Shown here: positions 28,533-38,925 of the stretch, piece after piece
Layout of the letters: every line of letters starts with the position of its first letter
Position numbering within the stretch: the first letter of the stretch is position 1
Source: a virus
Lineage: Duplodnaviria; Caudoviricetes
Reading direction: 5' to 3' (one strand)
IMG/VR virus record: IMGVR_UViG_3300031466_000001
Location: 64,001-128,000 of that record
DNA length: 64,000 nucleotides
Position numbers and translations under genes: made by a program
The notes under the pieces: generated by a model
Seen by the model: only the letters and a program-made list of their open reading frames with translations
What the model was told of the DNA's origin: nothing
The model's database searches: none

Positions 28533-30596
28533 ATGTCCGGTAAGAAAAGAACTTTTATTTACGATATAAAAACACGTAATCTATCGTTCCTTCAGGTTGC
28601 AGTTGATTTAAAAAGACTCGGTATTAAAAATAATATGTTTTTTCTTCGACTCTATGATGAAACACTCCAAGGGGTTGATCCGTTCTCTCCCTATTTGACA
28701 GAGGACCAAATGGTTCGTATTATTAATGAATGTATGGTAAACCCCTGGTATTTCCTGCGTGAATGTGTGAGAATTCCGGACCAAGGTGGTAACGGCATAC
28801 CTTATCAACTTCACCGGGCCAATCTGGCACAAACATTCTGCTTCCTTCTTGGTATAGACCATTATGTGGTCATACCTCGTCAGAAAGGTAAAACACAATC
28901 AGCCATAGCAATTATAGACTGGGCATTTCTGTTTGGTACAACTAACTCTGAAATTGCATTCATTAATAAGAGATCTGAGGACGCTATCAATAACTTGGCA
29001 CGTCTCAAAGCTCAAAGAGATCTCTTGCCTTCTTATATGCAAATGAAGATTGCATATGATGAAGATGGAGATGAAGTTAAAGAACGTAATAATGTCAAGT
29101 CTCTTATGAATCCCACGAATAAGAATAGAATCGTCACCAAACCCTCGGCCACATCTATACAAGCAGCGGATGGTATTGGTCGGGGTAATACGCAACCCAT
29201 CCAATATTACGATGAAGTTGAGTTCACTCCGTTTATTAAGACAATTATTGAGGCTGCCGGTCCTGCATTTGTCACGGCGGCACGGAATGCAAAAAGAAAT
29301 AACTCTGCATATTGTCGTATATTTACATCTACTCCTGGCGACTTGGATACTCAACCAGGTCAAGACGCTATGGAGATCATCTCTAAGACCTGTAAATGGA
29401 CTGAAAAGTTCTATGACTGGTCTTTGGATGACATTAATGAATATATCGAAAAATGTTCCGAGAATAAAATCGTTTATATCGAATACAGCTACATCCAATT
29501 GGGTGAAGGTGAAGAATGGTTTAACGAACAATGTCGTATTCTTAACAATAACCCACAGAAGATAAAGCGTGAAATTTTGCTGAAACGTATGCGCGGTTCT
29601 CAGGATTCGCCATTTGATCCTGAAGATCTCGATGCATTGCCTGATATGAAAGGTATAATTAAAGATGAAATATTCATTAATAAACTATTCCCTCTGTATA
29701 TTTATGAAGAGCTGGATAAAGAAAGAATTTATATGGTTGGTGTTGACGTAGCAAGTGGTTATGGTGACAGGCGGGATAATTCAGCACTGACTATAGTTGA
29801 CCCTTATACTCTTAAAGTCGTAGCAGAATTTAAATCGCCATACATCAGTGAGGCTGAATTCACAAAATTCATCTATACGTTAGTCAGAAGATATATTCCT
29901 AGGGCTATCGTTATCATCGAACGAAACAAAGGTAGTGCTATTATTGAATTCTTGCGTCAAACTGAAATTGCTAGAAATATTTACTTTGAAAATGTAAAAG
30001 ACCCGATGGAAGAAAGTGTCGTCGACCGTCTTGACAATAAAGGATTCCTCAAGAAAGAAGCCAACAAACGTCGTATGTTTGGTGTCTGGACTGGTCCTAA
30101 ATCACGCGAAAGAATGTTCGAACTTCTTTATGTACATGTCAAAGAGAAAAAAGACAAACTCATTGGCCAATTCTTGATAGACGATATCTTGAGTCTTGTT
30201 GTTACAAAAGGTGGAAAAATTGTTGCAGGGCAAGGATTCCATGATGACAACGTAATGTCATATTTGATGGTCCTTTATGTGTATTATCACGGCAATAATC
30301 TTTCCAGGTTTGGATTCACTAAAGGATCTCTTCCTGATGAAAACGAACGAAATAAAGGTCTCGATTATGAAGATATATATGAGGAATTACCTGAGGATTT
30401 AAAAGAGGCATTTAAGAACGTAGGATCAAAAACACTGGCAGATTATCAAAATGATATGGCAATGGAAATAATGCGTGCACGAAGAGAATCCAATATGATT
30501 GATGCAATGCTTAGACCTAAAAACTACGTAGAAGATCAAGATGCGTATGATGAGGATATGATAGATATGGATCTTTTTGATGAATTGAATAACTAA
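28533..30596 (+). CDS. terL: terminase large subunit
   Basis: Walker A PRQKGKT, Walker B YYDE, TST coupling motif, nuclease GVDVASG..DNSA, HDD. Confidence 0.93.
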   Translation: MSGKKRTFIYDIKTRNLSFLQVAVDLKRLGIKNNMFFLRLYDETLQGVDPFSPYLTEDQMVRIINECMVNPWYFLRECVRIPDQGGNGIPYQLHRANLAQTFCFLLGIDHYVVIPRQKGKTQSAIAIIDWAFLFGTTNSEIAFINKRSEDAINNLARLKAQRDLLPSYMQMKIAYDEDGDEVKERNNVKSLMNPTNKNRIVTKPSATSIQAADGIGRGNTQPIQYYDEVEFTPFIKTIIEAAGPAFVTAARNAKRNNSAYCRIFTSTPGDLDTQPGQDAMEIISKTCKWTEKFYDWSLDDINEYIEKCSENKIVYIEYSYIQLGEGEEWFNEQCRILNNNPQKIKREILLKRMRGSQDSPFDPEDLDALPDMKGIIKDEIFINKLFPLYIYEELDKERIYMVGVDVASGYGDRRDNSALTIVDPYTLKVVAEFKSPYISEAEFTKFIYTLVRRYIPRAIVIIERNKGSAIIEFLRQTEIARNIYFENVKDPMEESVVDRLDNKGFLKKEANKRRMFGVWTGPKSRERMFELLYVHVKEKKDKLIGQFLIDDILSLVVTKGGKIVAGQGFHDDNVMSYLMVLYVYYHGNNLSRFGFTKGSLPDENERNKGLDYEDIYEELPEDLKEAFKNVGSKTLADYQNDMAMEIMRARRESNMIDAMLRPKNYVEDQDAYDEDMIDMDLFDELNN

Positions 30597-30688
30597 AAGT
30601 ATAATTGTATAGGGTAAAGATCAGCCCTATACAATTATACTTTTTTTATTACAAATAGATATATAAATATAGAAAGGACGGTATATTC

Positions 30689-31441
30689 ATGAACGACTTC
30701 CAAGAAGAAGAGTATGAGATTCTGTCCGAGACAGAAACTGATATTTTGATCACGGATTTTCCTGTTGAGCTGATTAAGGAAAACATAAGATATCAAATAA
30801 ATAACCCATTGTCAACCGATGTGAACTATATTTCCAACGTCATTGATAGATACCGCATTGTTAAAGAAACAGTTATTGATGACGAGGAATCTCTCAAGAA
30901 ATTAAATTCATCTACAATGGATTTCTTCAATTTCATTATTTCCCAGATTGATGAAAAATTTGATCTTGGGATCAATCTGGACATGTTTGATAATCTGGAA
31001 GACAGTATGGAGACTGGAATTGCACTTTATCACTTCTTGATTCTCCGATATAGAAAAAATGTAACTAAATTCATTCATAAATATATTACAAAAAATAAGA
31101 AATTCTTCGTAGAGCAATTTGGAGATGAGCAAAGGAAAAAGGATGTAACCTCTGTAGCTACCAAAAAGAAAATTAAAAACAAAGATGATGCATTAATTGT
31201 TTCAAATCTTCCAAAAATTATTAATTTTATCTTAACCATGGATATTGAACCCCTTGACTTTATTAAATACATTGCTAGCGATGATAATTATGATGCATCT
31301 ATTATTAGAAAGCTTATTCTTGAAGGAAATCTTCTCGGTAATTTTGTCAGGGATTATTTGGATATCATTGTAAGCGATTACGATGATGTACTTGACGAGA
31401 TCCAGACCGAGGTAAAAATGAAGCTTTTAAATAAATCTTAA
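30689..31441 (+). CDS. conserved hypothetical protein
   Basis: 250-aa ORF with AAAGGA RBS. Confidence 0.8.
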   Translation: MNDFQEEEYEILSETETDILITDFPVELIKENIRYQINNPLSTDVNYISNVIDRYRIVKETVIDDEESLKKLNSSTMDFFNFIISQIDEKFDLGINLDMFDNLEDSMETGIALYHFLILRYRKNVTKFIHKYITKNKKFFVEQFGDEQRKKDVTSVATKKKIKNKDDALIVSNLPKIINFILTMDIEPLDFIKYIASDDNYDASIIRKLILEGNLLGNFVRDYLDIIVSDYDDVLDEIQTEVKMKLLNKS

Positions 31442-31477
31442 TATATAAAAAACTAAAGAAAAGGAGTTCAGATCCAG

Positions 31478-32533
31478 ATGGAAAACCAAAATGTACAAAA
31501 CGTCGAAGCTGCTGTTAATGAAACGAATGAAAATCTGCAAGAACAACAAACTGCTGAGCAAGAAGAGTATCAAATCGTTGAAGTTAACGGGGAGAAAGTT
31601 GCGGTTAAGCCCGGAAGTACTGAGGCTGAGATTGCTAGGGTTAAGCATCTCTTTGGCCTTAACAATATGCTCGATTCTGTAAAGAAACTCAATGAACAAA
31701 TGAAAGAACGTCAGCTGCATTTTCTCGGTGACGACGAATCTAAGATCGATCATTTTACTTCTATTCTTGAAAGTAAGACCATAGAAGAAATTAAAAATGC
31801 CTCGGATGAAGAAATTATGGATCTTTTCAAAACCGAGGATGGCGGAACTATTGAGCTTGTTCTGGATATAAATAATCCGGAGGAATCGTTCAAATTCCGT
31901 CGCGATTTCCTTATTTTCATGAAGGAAAGCATTGATGCTCAAAAGGTTATCGATGAGGAAACGGCGAAGATTGAAAAAGAAATTGCTGAATCCAGGGAAG
32001 AGCTTAACAAGCTTATTGAACAATTTGGTGATTTCGAAACATACATTGAAGAAACAATGAATAAACGATTGGAAGTTGCTACTGGTAAAGAAAGAGAGCG
32101 TTTGCTAATCGTTAAACAAGCATATGAAGAAGCGGAAAACCTCAACGAAATCTATGAGCACTACAAGAACAAAGGTACTATGATGATTATTAATACCATC
32201 GAAGACCTTAAAAGTATTTCTCGGGCAAATCGTGTATATGAAAAATATAAAAAGCAACTTATTAAATTGAATATCAAAACGGATCTTACGGATTTTGACA
32301 ATCTTGAACTTAAATTGGACGAGAAGTATCATCCTTATGCAAATGTCTTCCTTTTTGCAGTTATCAAATATATTGCTTATAAGAAAGATGTGTCTGTTAA
32401 TAAAGACGGTGTGTTTTTGGCTCGTCTTGGAGAAAATGTGCGTAAACTCTTTGCAGACAGCTTCAAAGATGAAGCAAAGAAAGAAAAATTCAAAGCATCT
32501 ATTTCCAAAGTCCTCGATCTGTTTATTCAATAA
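31478..32533 (+). CDS. hypothetical coiled-coil protein
   Basis: 351-aa ORF with AAGGAG RBS. Confidence 0.8.
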   Translation: MENQNVQNVEAAVNETNENLQEQQTAEQEEYQIVEVNGEKVAVKPGSTEAEIARVKHLFGLNNMLDSVKKLNEQMKERQLHFLGDDESKIDHFTSILESKTIEEIKNASDEEIMDLFKTEDGGTIELVLDINNPEESFKFRRDFLIFMKESIDAQKVIDEETAKIEKEIAESREELNKLIEQFGDFETYIEETMNKRLEVATGKERERLLIVKQAYEEAENLNEIYEHYKNKGTMMIINTIEDLKSISRANRVYEKYKKQLIKLNIKTDLTDFDNLELKLDEKYHPYANVFLFAVIKYIAYKKDVSVNKDGVFLARLGENVRKLFADSFKDEAKKEKFKASISKVLDLFIQ

Positions 32534-32601
32534 AAAAGGCCCTTCGTAAAAACGTGTTGAAATAGCTGTTTTGTTCATACTCTAAAAAATCATAAAGTGT
32601 G

Positions 32602-32630
32602 TTGAAATCACCTCCGATGATTGGTAAAAT
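32602..32630 (+). promoter_or_regulatory. host sigma-A type promoter inside the IS remnant
   Basis: TTGAAA-17 bp-TAAAAT with extended TG. Confidence 0.65.
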
Positions 32631-32655
32631 TAAGGTAAAGGAGGAAGAATGCAAA

Positions 32656-32802
32656 ATGATGGAAACTCCCCAAATTGGAGACTTTGTAACGGATGTGTAC
32701 GGGAATAAAGGTGTTGTTGCATCTGTTTATTTTGATTATGTTCGGCTGACAGATGGAAAACATGTATATAAAAGAGCAATTTCTAAAATTGTAAAGGAGT
32801 AG
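32656..32802 (+). CDS. 48-aa passenger protein (SH3/KOW-like beta pattern)
   Basis: AAGGAGG RBS; MMETPQIGDFV...GVVASV... Confidence 0.65.
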   Translation: MMETPQIGDFVTDVYGNKGVVASVYFDYVRLTDGKHVYKRAISKIVKE

Positions 32803-33042
32803 AAGGTGAACATACTCAATTTCCCTTCGCTATCAGTCACCAACGTCCTGAAATAGAAGAGCAAACCGTCACACTTGGAGCAGACATTTCAACCCTAATC
32901 AAGCGTATCGAAGAGGGGTCGTTATGACCATTTTTCAATACACTTTTACGAATACCCTAAAAAAACAATAGGGTAAGAGTAGATTTCACTTCTACTCTTA
33001 CCCCCCTTATTTTTTGCATTCATAGAAAGGGTGATATAGATT

Positions 33043-33780
33043 ATGATTGAAAAATATTTACTTAATGACGGAGAGAACATTATCTTTGTCGGTCATTATA
33101 TGGAGGCATATATTCCAGAATTTTACTTCGAGGGTAAGTTAGCAGAAGACTATGGTTCTTCAATCAATGTATTTGGTTTATTCAATGTGAGAATGTTTGA
33201 TGAAAATGGAAGATCAGAAAAATTGGAAACATTTAATCTTCCATCCATGATCAACATCTATCCCTCAGAGACTGAAACAAAAGAACTTCAACTTATTCCC
33301 GGAGACGACGGTGTATTGGATCGTTACAGAGTTGCCAAATTCTTTAAGGGTAACAAAGTTATGGCCAATAGCTTTCCTCAAGATGCTTCTAACGTAGAAC
33401 TTTTTATCAATCTTTTATTTAGGGGAAAAGTACCCCCGACTATCCCATATGATCAAATTGTAAAGATTTGGCAGAAAAATCTTGAAATTAACAACGTTAA
33501 ACTCGGTGTAACATCTACCGTTCTTGAAATTATTGTTTCCGAAATATATCGTAACAAAAAGAAACCAGAGGAAACGTTCGCTAAAGTTGTTGGTAAAGAT
33601 CCAAAAGTTTCCCAATATGCATATAAAGCTGCAAATATTCGTGAGATTTGTGCTAGAAACTCAACATTTGCAGCACTTACCTTTGAAGATATTGACTCAA
33701 TGATTACAACATCTCTCAATATCAATAAATATAATAAAGAAGAATCTGAGTCACCAATCGAAAAAATCATAAAGATGTAG
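33043..33780 (+). CDS. conserved jumbo-phage protein in the tail module
   Basis: 245-aa ORF with late promoter AACA-ATAGGG-TA 32964-32975. Confidence 0.75.
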   Translation: MIEKYLLNDGENIIFVGHYMEAYIPEFYFEGKLAEDYGSSINVFGLFNVRMFDENGRSEKLETFNLPSMINIYPSETETKELQLIPGDDGVLDRYRVAKFFKGNKVMANSFPQDASNVELFINLLFRGKVPPTIPYDQIVKIWQKNLEINNVKLGVTSTVLEIIVSEIYRNKKKPEETFAKVVGKDPKVSQYAYKAANIREICARNSTFAALTFEDIDSMITTSLNINKYNKEESESPIEKIIKM

Positions 33781-33828
33781 GGTCTCCAAAGAACATTAAA
33801 TTAAAAATAAGTATAGGAGGTAGACGAT

Positions 33829-35688
33829 ATGCCGCAACCTGGACAAATTATCCCGGATTATTTACATCCGAGTGTTCAGACCATCATCAATGATAATACC
33901 GAATTCGTTGAAGAAACGTCTCAACCGGATCTCGGTATTAGGTCGCTGTTCGTATTCACATCTGGCAAGGGTAGAGACGGTGTACTGCTTGAAATGGCTA
34001 ACCGCACTCAATTCATCGAAGAGTTTGGTAAGCCGGACTACAGCAAGTACGGTCAGCCGATCTACATGCCGTACGCGTTCCTTTCGTCGAGTCAGACTCG
34101 CGCATATTGCATGCGTGTTATGCCTGACGACGCATCTTATGCAAATAGTGTCGTTGTAGCAAAAGTGAAGGTCGATACTATTTCTGGCTCGACCCCGGTT
34201 AAACGTCTTCTTATCCGTTTCCAAGTGTCCAACATTGGCAACATCACGGACAAAGAAGAACTGCTTCCGCTGGCTGAAGCCATGACGAATACCGATCCTG
34301 ATGCCGATGGTTTCATGACCTATCCTCTGTTTATTCTGAATTCGCATGGTCGTGGTGTATATGGTGACGCTTTCCGTTATCGTATTTCTACGGCTATTCA
34401 AGCAGACAAAGAAAATGAATACAAGAACTATCGTCTTGAAGTTTATGAGCTTGAAAACAGCCTTAAACGGAAAGAAGTCTTTGAGGGAACTCTGAGCCCG
34501 GATTCCGTTCAAGGAACGACGTCCCTTTTCTTCGAAGACGTTGTTAACGATTCGGAAAACGGTAGCAACAAGATCAACATTACCGTTATCGTGGATTCCT
34601 TCAAGGCAATCTTTGATATGTACAAGGAAGAAATTAATCCGACAACGGAATTGACGTTCGAAACTTTCGACTTCCTGTATGGTAAAGACAAAGACGGTCA
34701 ACCCATTCAAGGTATTGCTTATGACACGGAAGATCCGGATTATGTATCTCTGGATACTGTTTCCGGTATTCCGCTTGCAGGTGGTAGTGACGGCTCTTTT
34801 GCATATGAAGAAGCAAACCTCGCTATCCGTGAAGAAGCTATCATTGAAGCTTATCAGAAGGCATTCCGCGGTGAATATGACCGCGCAATTCTGAGTAAGC
34901 GTCGTACTCCGTGCCAGTTCATCTTTGACGCCGGCTACCCGGAAGAAGTCAAGAGTGAACTCATCACGCTCATGACCAAACGTTATGATGCTTATGGGTT
35001 CATTGATGCTGGCATTCTGAACTCTGTAACGGATGCTATCGCATGGGGCGAATCCATGAAGAACGTTGGCGACAGGGTGTTCTCGAAAGAGTTCCAGCAC
35101 TACAAGACGCGCGATCCGTTCACCGGTAAGATTATTCCGGTCACTATCACGTACTTTTATGCCAATGCCCTTCCGATGCACTTTATCACCAACGGAAACC
35201 ATATTCCGTTCACGGGTGAAAACTACGCCCTGCTTACGGGCCACATCAAGAATTCGCTTGCTCCGATAGTCGACGCTGACGACGGAGACGTCAAAGAACA
35301 ACTTTACTTGCTGCGTCTGAACTATTTCCAAGCTATCGCTGAGAATACGTTCGTTCGCGGTACTCAAACGACGTCTCAAAATGTCTGGTCTGATCTTTCG
35401 GAAGAAAACAATATGCACGTCCTGCTTGAACTCAAGCGTATGATTGAAAATATGGTCAGCTCGCTTGCATACAACTTTGCTGAAGCCGAAGACCGTATTC
35501 GGTTTACTGAAACCGCTCAACGCTTGATTGGTCCGTACATCGGAACCAAGATCCGTGAAGGGTCAGTTACTTTCCAAATGTCGCCGTGGGAAGAACAACG
35601 TAGCATTCTCCATTGCTACCTGAGTGTTGTCTTCCGTACGCTTGGTAAGCGCGGTATTGTCGAAATTGACATTAATCCGCGTGTCTAA
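33829..35688 (+). CDS. contractile tail sheath protein
   Basis: HPSV.T.I.D N-terminus, FGKP, MRV, sheath-type C-terminus; late promoter 33792-33803; strong codon bias. Confidence 0.85.
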   Translation: MPQPGQIIPDYLHPSVQTIINDNTEFVEETSQPDLGIRSLFVFTSGKGRDGVLLEMANRTQFIEEFGKPDYSKYGQPIYMPYAFLSSSQTRAYCMRVMPDDASYANSVVVAKVKVDTISGSTPVKRLLIRFQVSNIGNITDKEELLPLAEAMTNTDPDADGFMTYPLFILNSHGRGVYGDAFRYRISTAIQADKENEYKNYRLEVYELENSLKRKEVFEGTLSPDSVQGTTSLFFEDVVNDSENGSNKINITVIVDSFKAIFDMYKEEINPTTELTFETFDFLYGKDKDGQPIQGIAYDTEDPDYVSLDTVSGIPLAGGSDGSFAYEEANLAIREEAIIEAYQKAFRGEYDRAILSKRRTPCQFIFDAGYPEEVKSELITLMTKRYDAYGFIDAGILNSVTDAIAWGESMKNVGDRVFSKEFQHYKTRDPFTGKIIPVTITYFYANALPMHFITNGNHIPFTGENYALLTGHIKNSLAPIVDADDGDVKEQLYLLRLNYFQAIAENTFVRGTQTTSQNVWSDLSEENNMHVLLELKRMIENMVSSLAYNFAEAEDRIRFTETAQRLIGPYIGTKIREGSVTFQMSPWEEQRSILHCYLSVVFRTLGKRGIVEIDINPRV

Positions 35689-35720
35689 TACAAATAAAAA
35701 ATAGAAGGGAGATGGAATAA

Positions 35721-36527
35721 ATGGCTGAGACTACGCTTCAGACTAACATCAAACAACCCAGTGACAAAATCACTCAGTACTCTTTGTTCCTTGGCGGTCT
35801 CAACACCAAGGCCGGAGTAATTGAGCAATACTCGCCTCTGCGTACTGGTTATGCCCGTATCTTTTTTGTTAAGATGCCGGTTTTCATGAATAAAATCTTC
35901 CCGAATAAGACTAAGAACTTCAAGCATATGCTTGAATATGGATTCGTCGGTATCGACGGTATCCAAAACACGACGCTTGAATTCGAACAAGTCACGGGTG
36001 GTTACAACGCCCGCTCGTTCGACGTTCCGTCGACGGCTCGGGACGAAACGACCGAGGTGACGATCCGTCTCTATGAATTCACTGGTTCGCCGGTACGTGA
36101 GTATACGGAGATGTGGATCTCTGGTATTTCGGACCCGGTCACCGGTATCGGTCACTATCATGGTGCTATTGGTCAAGATGGTATTGTCTACAACCAAGCA
36201 AACCATGTTGCCGAAGCAATCTATGTACAAACTGACCCGACCGGCCGTGAAGACGGTATCGAGTATGCGTGCCTGCTGACGAACATGATTCCGAAAAACG
36301 TCAAGAAGGATCACTTCAACTACGAATCGGGTCAACACCCGGTAGTCCAAGTTGACGTGCCGTTCAGCTGCGTTAAGTACGAATCGCCGCAAATCAACAC
36401 CATTGCAAAACAACTTATTACGAAATATAAGATTCTTCGCAATTTCCTGGATTTCAACTCGGGTTACACTATCGACAACGTCAACAACATGCCCGTACCT
36501 CAAATCAGCGACTGGCCTACGCAGTAA
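35721..36527 (+). CDS. tail tube protein
   Basis: directly follows sheath; biased codons; tube-like beta pattern (EVTIRLYE..GSPV...W). Confidence 0.75.
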   Translation: MAETTLQTNIKQPSDKITQYSLFLGGLNTKAGVIEQYSPLRTGYARIFFVKMPVFMNKIFPNKTKNFKHMLEYGFVGIDGIQNTTLEFEQVTGGYNARSFDVPSTARDETTEVTIRLYEFTGSPVREYTEMWISGISDPVTGIGHYHGAIGQDGIVYNQANHVAEAIYVQTDPTGREDGIEYACLLTNMIPKNVKKDHFNYESGQHPVVQVDVPFSCVKYESPQINTIAKQLITKYKILRNFLDFNSGYTIDNVNNMPVPQISDWPTQ

Positions 36528-36535
36528 TAAAATTA

Positions 36536-36567
36536 AAAGATCCCATACCGTACGGTATGGGATCTTT
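36536..36567. terminator. bidirectional intrinsic terminator
   Basis: perfect 15-bp stem AAAGATCCCATACCG/CGGTATGGGATCTTT between convergent genes. Confidence 0.85.
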
Positions 36568-36581
36568 ATTATGTTTTTTTT

Positions 36582-38819
36582 TCACTGACCGGAATTATCA
36601 GATTCGGGTCTATTTTTCTTATTTTCTGTGAGTCTAGTCGCTTCAACAAAAGCATCTCTAAGTATTTCTTCTGCACGATTCCACGGCAACATCGGAAGAA
36701 CTTCCTTAGCGAGATTCCTATAAAGAATGTCTTTGAGTTTGTTATCAAATTCAGTCTGTTCGGATTGTTCGCCGGTCATTGCCTTAATGAGCATATTGAT
36801 AACTACATCGGCATTAGAGACAATGTCCGACATGTTGGTGTTATTCAGAGATTTGGGTGGCATAAGTTTAAATTCAAAGCTTTCGATAATATCATCGTCG
36901 ATAGTACTACTGGTGAAACGAAGAATCTTTTTATAAAGCTCTGTGGTACAGTTATTGAAATCCATCTGATAGCTGATAACACGTCTCAGGAATTTTGCAT
37001 TTGCCATAACCAGAGTTTTTGCATAGTCTGCTTGATTGATGTACTCCATAATAACTGAAGGAACACCAGTGGAATTAATATATGCAGTACGAAGAAGTTC
37101 CATGAGTTCAGTATTCAACTGGACATCTTGCCCAGACAGGATATCGAAATCTATACCTCTTTCACCGCTTCTTCCTATAGGCATGAAGATATCTTTTGCA
37201 TGGCCGATTTTAGAAATCATCGAGTTGTAGTTGAGAAGATCCATGAAATTGATTTGTCTTTCGCGGATGGAGCGAGCTATTTCTTGTATCTTATTAGCTA
37301 TGTTCGCATCGATTCCGGAGGATCTCACATAGTATACTCTGGTATCATTGGAACGGCTAATGATAGTAACCATCTTAAAAATGAGCAACGCAAGGTATAG
37401 TTTAGCATAGAAGAGAGAAGGCATAATTATAGACTGCCCCTCACCTTCTTCATTTCTGTTCACATGGAATTCGGTGACGTAATCGACTGGAATGAATTGG
37501 AATCTGAGATCTTTTTTATAAATATCATTATAAATCAGTGAGTTCAAAATGAGTTCTTTGAATTTATGATTCTCTTCCAGGAATTTCTTATTAAATGCCT
37601 TTACGATCTTATCGGTAATTTTAGAAAGAAAGTTTGTCTCTAAATCTTTGGGTGTACCAAATGTAAAGTTAGCACGGATCGTTTGTGAAAAAGGAGTTCT
37701 AGAAACCTCTGTTGCAACTTGATGTACGTAATAATACCCGATTGTATGATCAAGGATTTTAATTGGAATCATACGACGAGGGTCAATGAGTTTAATATAG
37801 CAATCATTGAACATGGAAAAATCTTTTTCAGAATCTTTAAGTTCTTTGGTTCCATCTGCATACATAGACGCGGAGGACTCGTTTTTCTTAATGCTATCTT
37901 TTGAAATTTTATCTGCCATCTTTCTAAACGGACTATCCGTTCCGAAGAGAGCATCCAAATCATTTGCTCCCTCCAAAACAAGAGGAAGAGGAATGTCATC
38001 ATTAACAACCTCAATATTTTCTAAAACATTGTTAAACGTCTTCTTCAAATCTGCCAAATTTACATTTTTCAAATCAGATTCTTCTCTGAAACTTTTTACG
38101 AATTCATCACTTACGGCTTCTAAAGTATATTTAATTCTTTGCTCGGAACGTTGTTTCTTTTCAGTATATTGCTGATACAGCTTAGAGTATGGAATAGTAT
38201 AGACATAATATTTCCCATATTGGAGAGTATTGGGAATAATATGGTCTTTGAGTTTTTGAAGGAGTTGGAATTTCTTTTGAATGTTTTCCACGGTATCTCT
38301 TAAACCTAATTTATCTTCACTACCAGTCTCCTGATTTTTGAAGGTCAGGCTGCAAGAAACATAGGATGAAAGATCGTCTGCAGATACGATAGCGTCTCTT
38401 GTAGTATTAAGTGCTTCTTTCAGTTCAAAAAGCTGATTACAAATAATATTCAGATCTTCATAAAGAAGATTTTGATTCTTGTAACGTTCATAGAAGAAAC
38501 TAAAGATACCGCTACCGGATTCGTCCGAGAAAATTTCCTCCATAGATTTCGGATTGTTTCTCAGACTATTTTCCCTATCCTGCTCATTAAAAAGTTTTAC
38601 AAGGAAAACAGAGATATCATCTCCGGTATATTTAGTAAATTCTTTGATGTCATCATAAATAACATCATCTATCTCATTAGAGATTCTCTCAAGTTCCCTT
38701 TCTCGCTTGAGATTAGGAGAGCCGAGATTTTCTATATATTCGTTGAATAGTGAATTGAGTCTTTGGAGAGGTTTTTCTATTCTTCTGACTGTAGTTCTTC
38801 TATTATTAGTTTTAGCCAT
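36582..38819 (-). CDS. portal protein
   Basis: ~745 aa; T4 gp20-like features (YGKYY, RVYYV, DIFMP, GVPS); late promoter 38853-38864; start ATG 38819. Confidence 0.72.
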   Translation of the reverse strand: MAKTNNRRTTVRRIEKPLQRLNSLFNEYIENLGSPNLKRERELERISNEIDDVIYDDIKEFTKYTGDDISVFLVKLFNEQDRENSLRNNPKSMEEIFSDESGSGIFSFFYERYKNQNLLYEDLNIICNQLFELKEALNTTRDAIVSADDLSSYVSCSLTFKNQETGSEDKLGLRDTVENIQKKFQLLQKLKDHIIPNTLQYGKYYVYTIPYSKLYQQYTEKKQRSEQRIKYTLEAVSDEFVKSFREESDLKNVNLADLKKTFNNVLENIEVVNDDIPLPLVLEGANDLDALFGTDSPFRKMADKISKDSIKKNESSASMYADGTKELKDSEKDFSMFNDCYIKLIDPRRMIPIKILDHTIGYYYVHQVATEVSRTPFSQTIRANFTFGTPKDLETNFLSKITDKIVKAFNKKFLEENHKFKELILNSLIYNDIYKKDLRFQFIPVDYVTEFHVNRNEEGEGQSIIMPSLFYAKLYLALLIFKMVTIISRSNDTRVYYVRSSGIDANIANKIQEIARSIRERQINFMDLLNYNSMISKIGHAKDIFMPIGRSGERGIDFDILSGQDVQLNTELMELLRTAYINSTGVPSVIMEYINQADYAKTLVMANAKFLRRVISYQMDFNNCTTELYKKILRFTSSTIDDDIIESFEFKLMPPKSLNNTNMSDIVSNADVVINMLIKAMTGEQSEQTEFDNKLKDILYRNLAKEVLPMLPWNRAEEILRDAFVEATRLTENKKNRPESDNSGQ

Positions 38820-38925
38820 TTTATAACCGACCACCTTTACTACAACTTATTTTATAGATCTGTTCGACTGAGTAAATTATAGTCGGATTTTTGCAAAAAA
38901 ATAAAGAGAGCATAACTTATGCTCT

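Larger units (their letters stand above)
32538..32957 (+). mobile_element. internally deleted ISL3-like element (MITE-like) carrying a passenger gene
   Basis: imperfect TIRs GGCCCTTCGTAAAAACGTGTTGAAA / GGGTATTCGTAAAAGTGTATTGAAA; flanking direct repeat TAAAAAA; fused transposase-like ends VNILNFPSL... and ...GADISTLIKRIEEGSL-stop. Confidence 0.7.
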
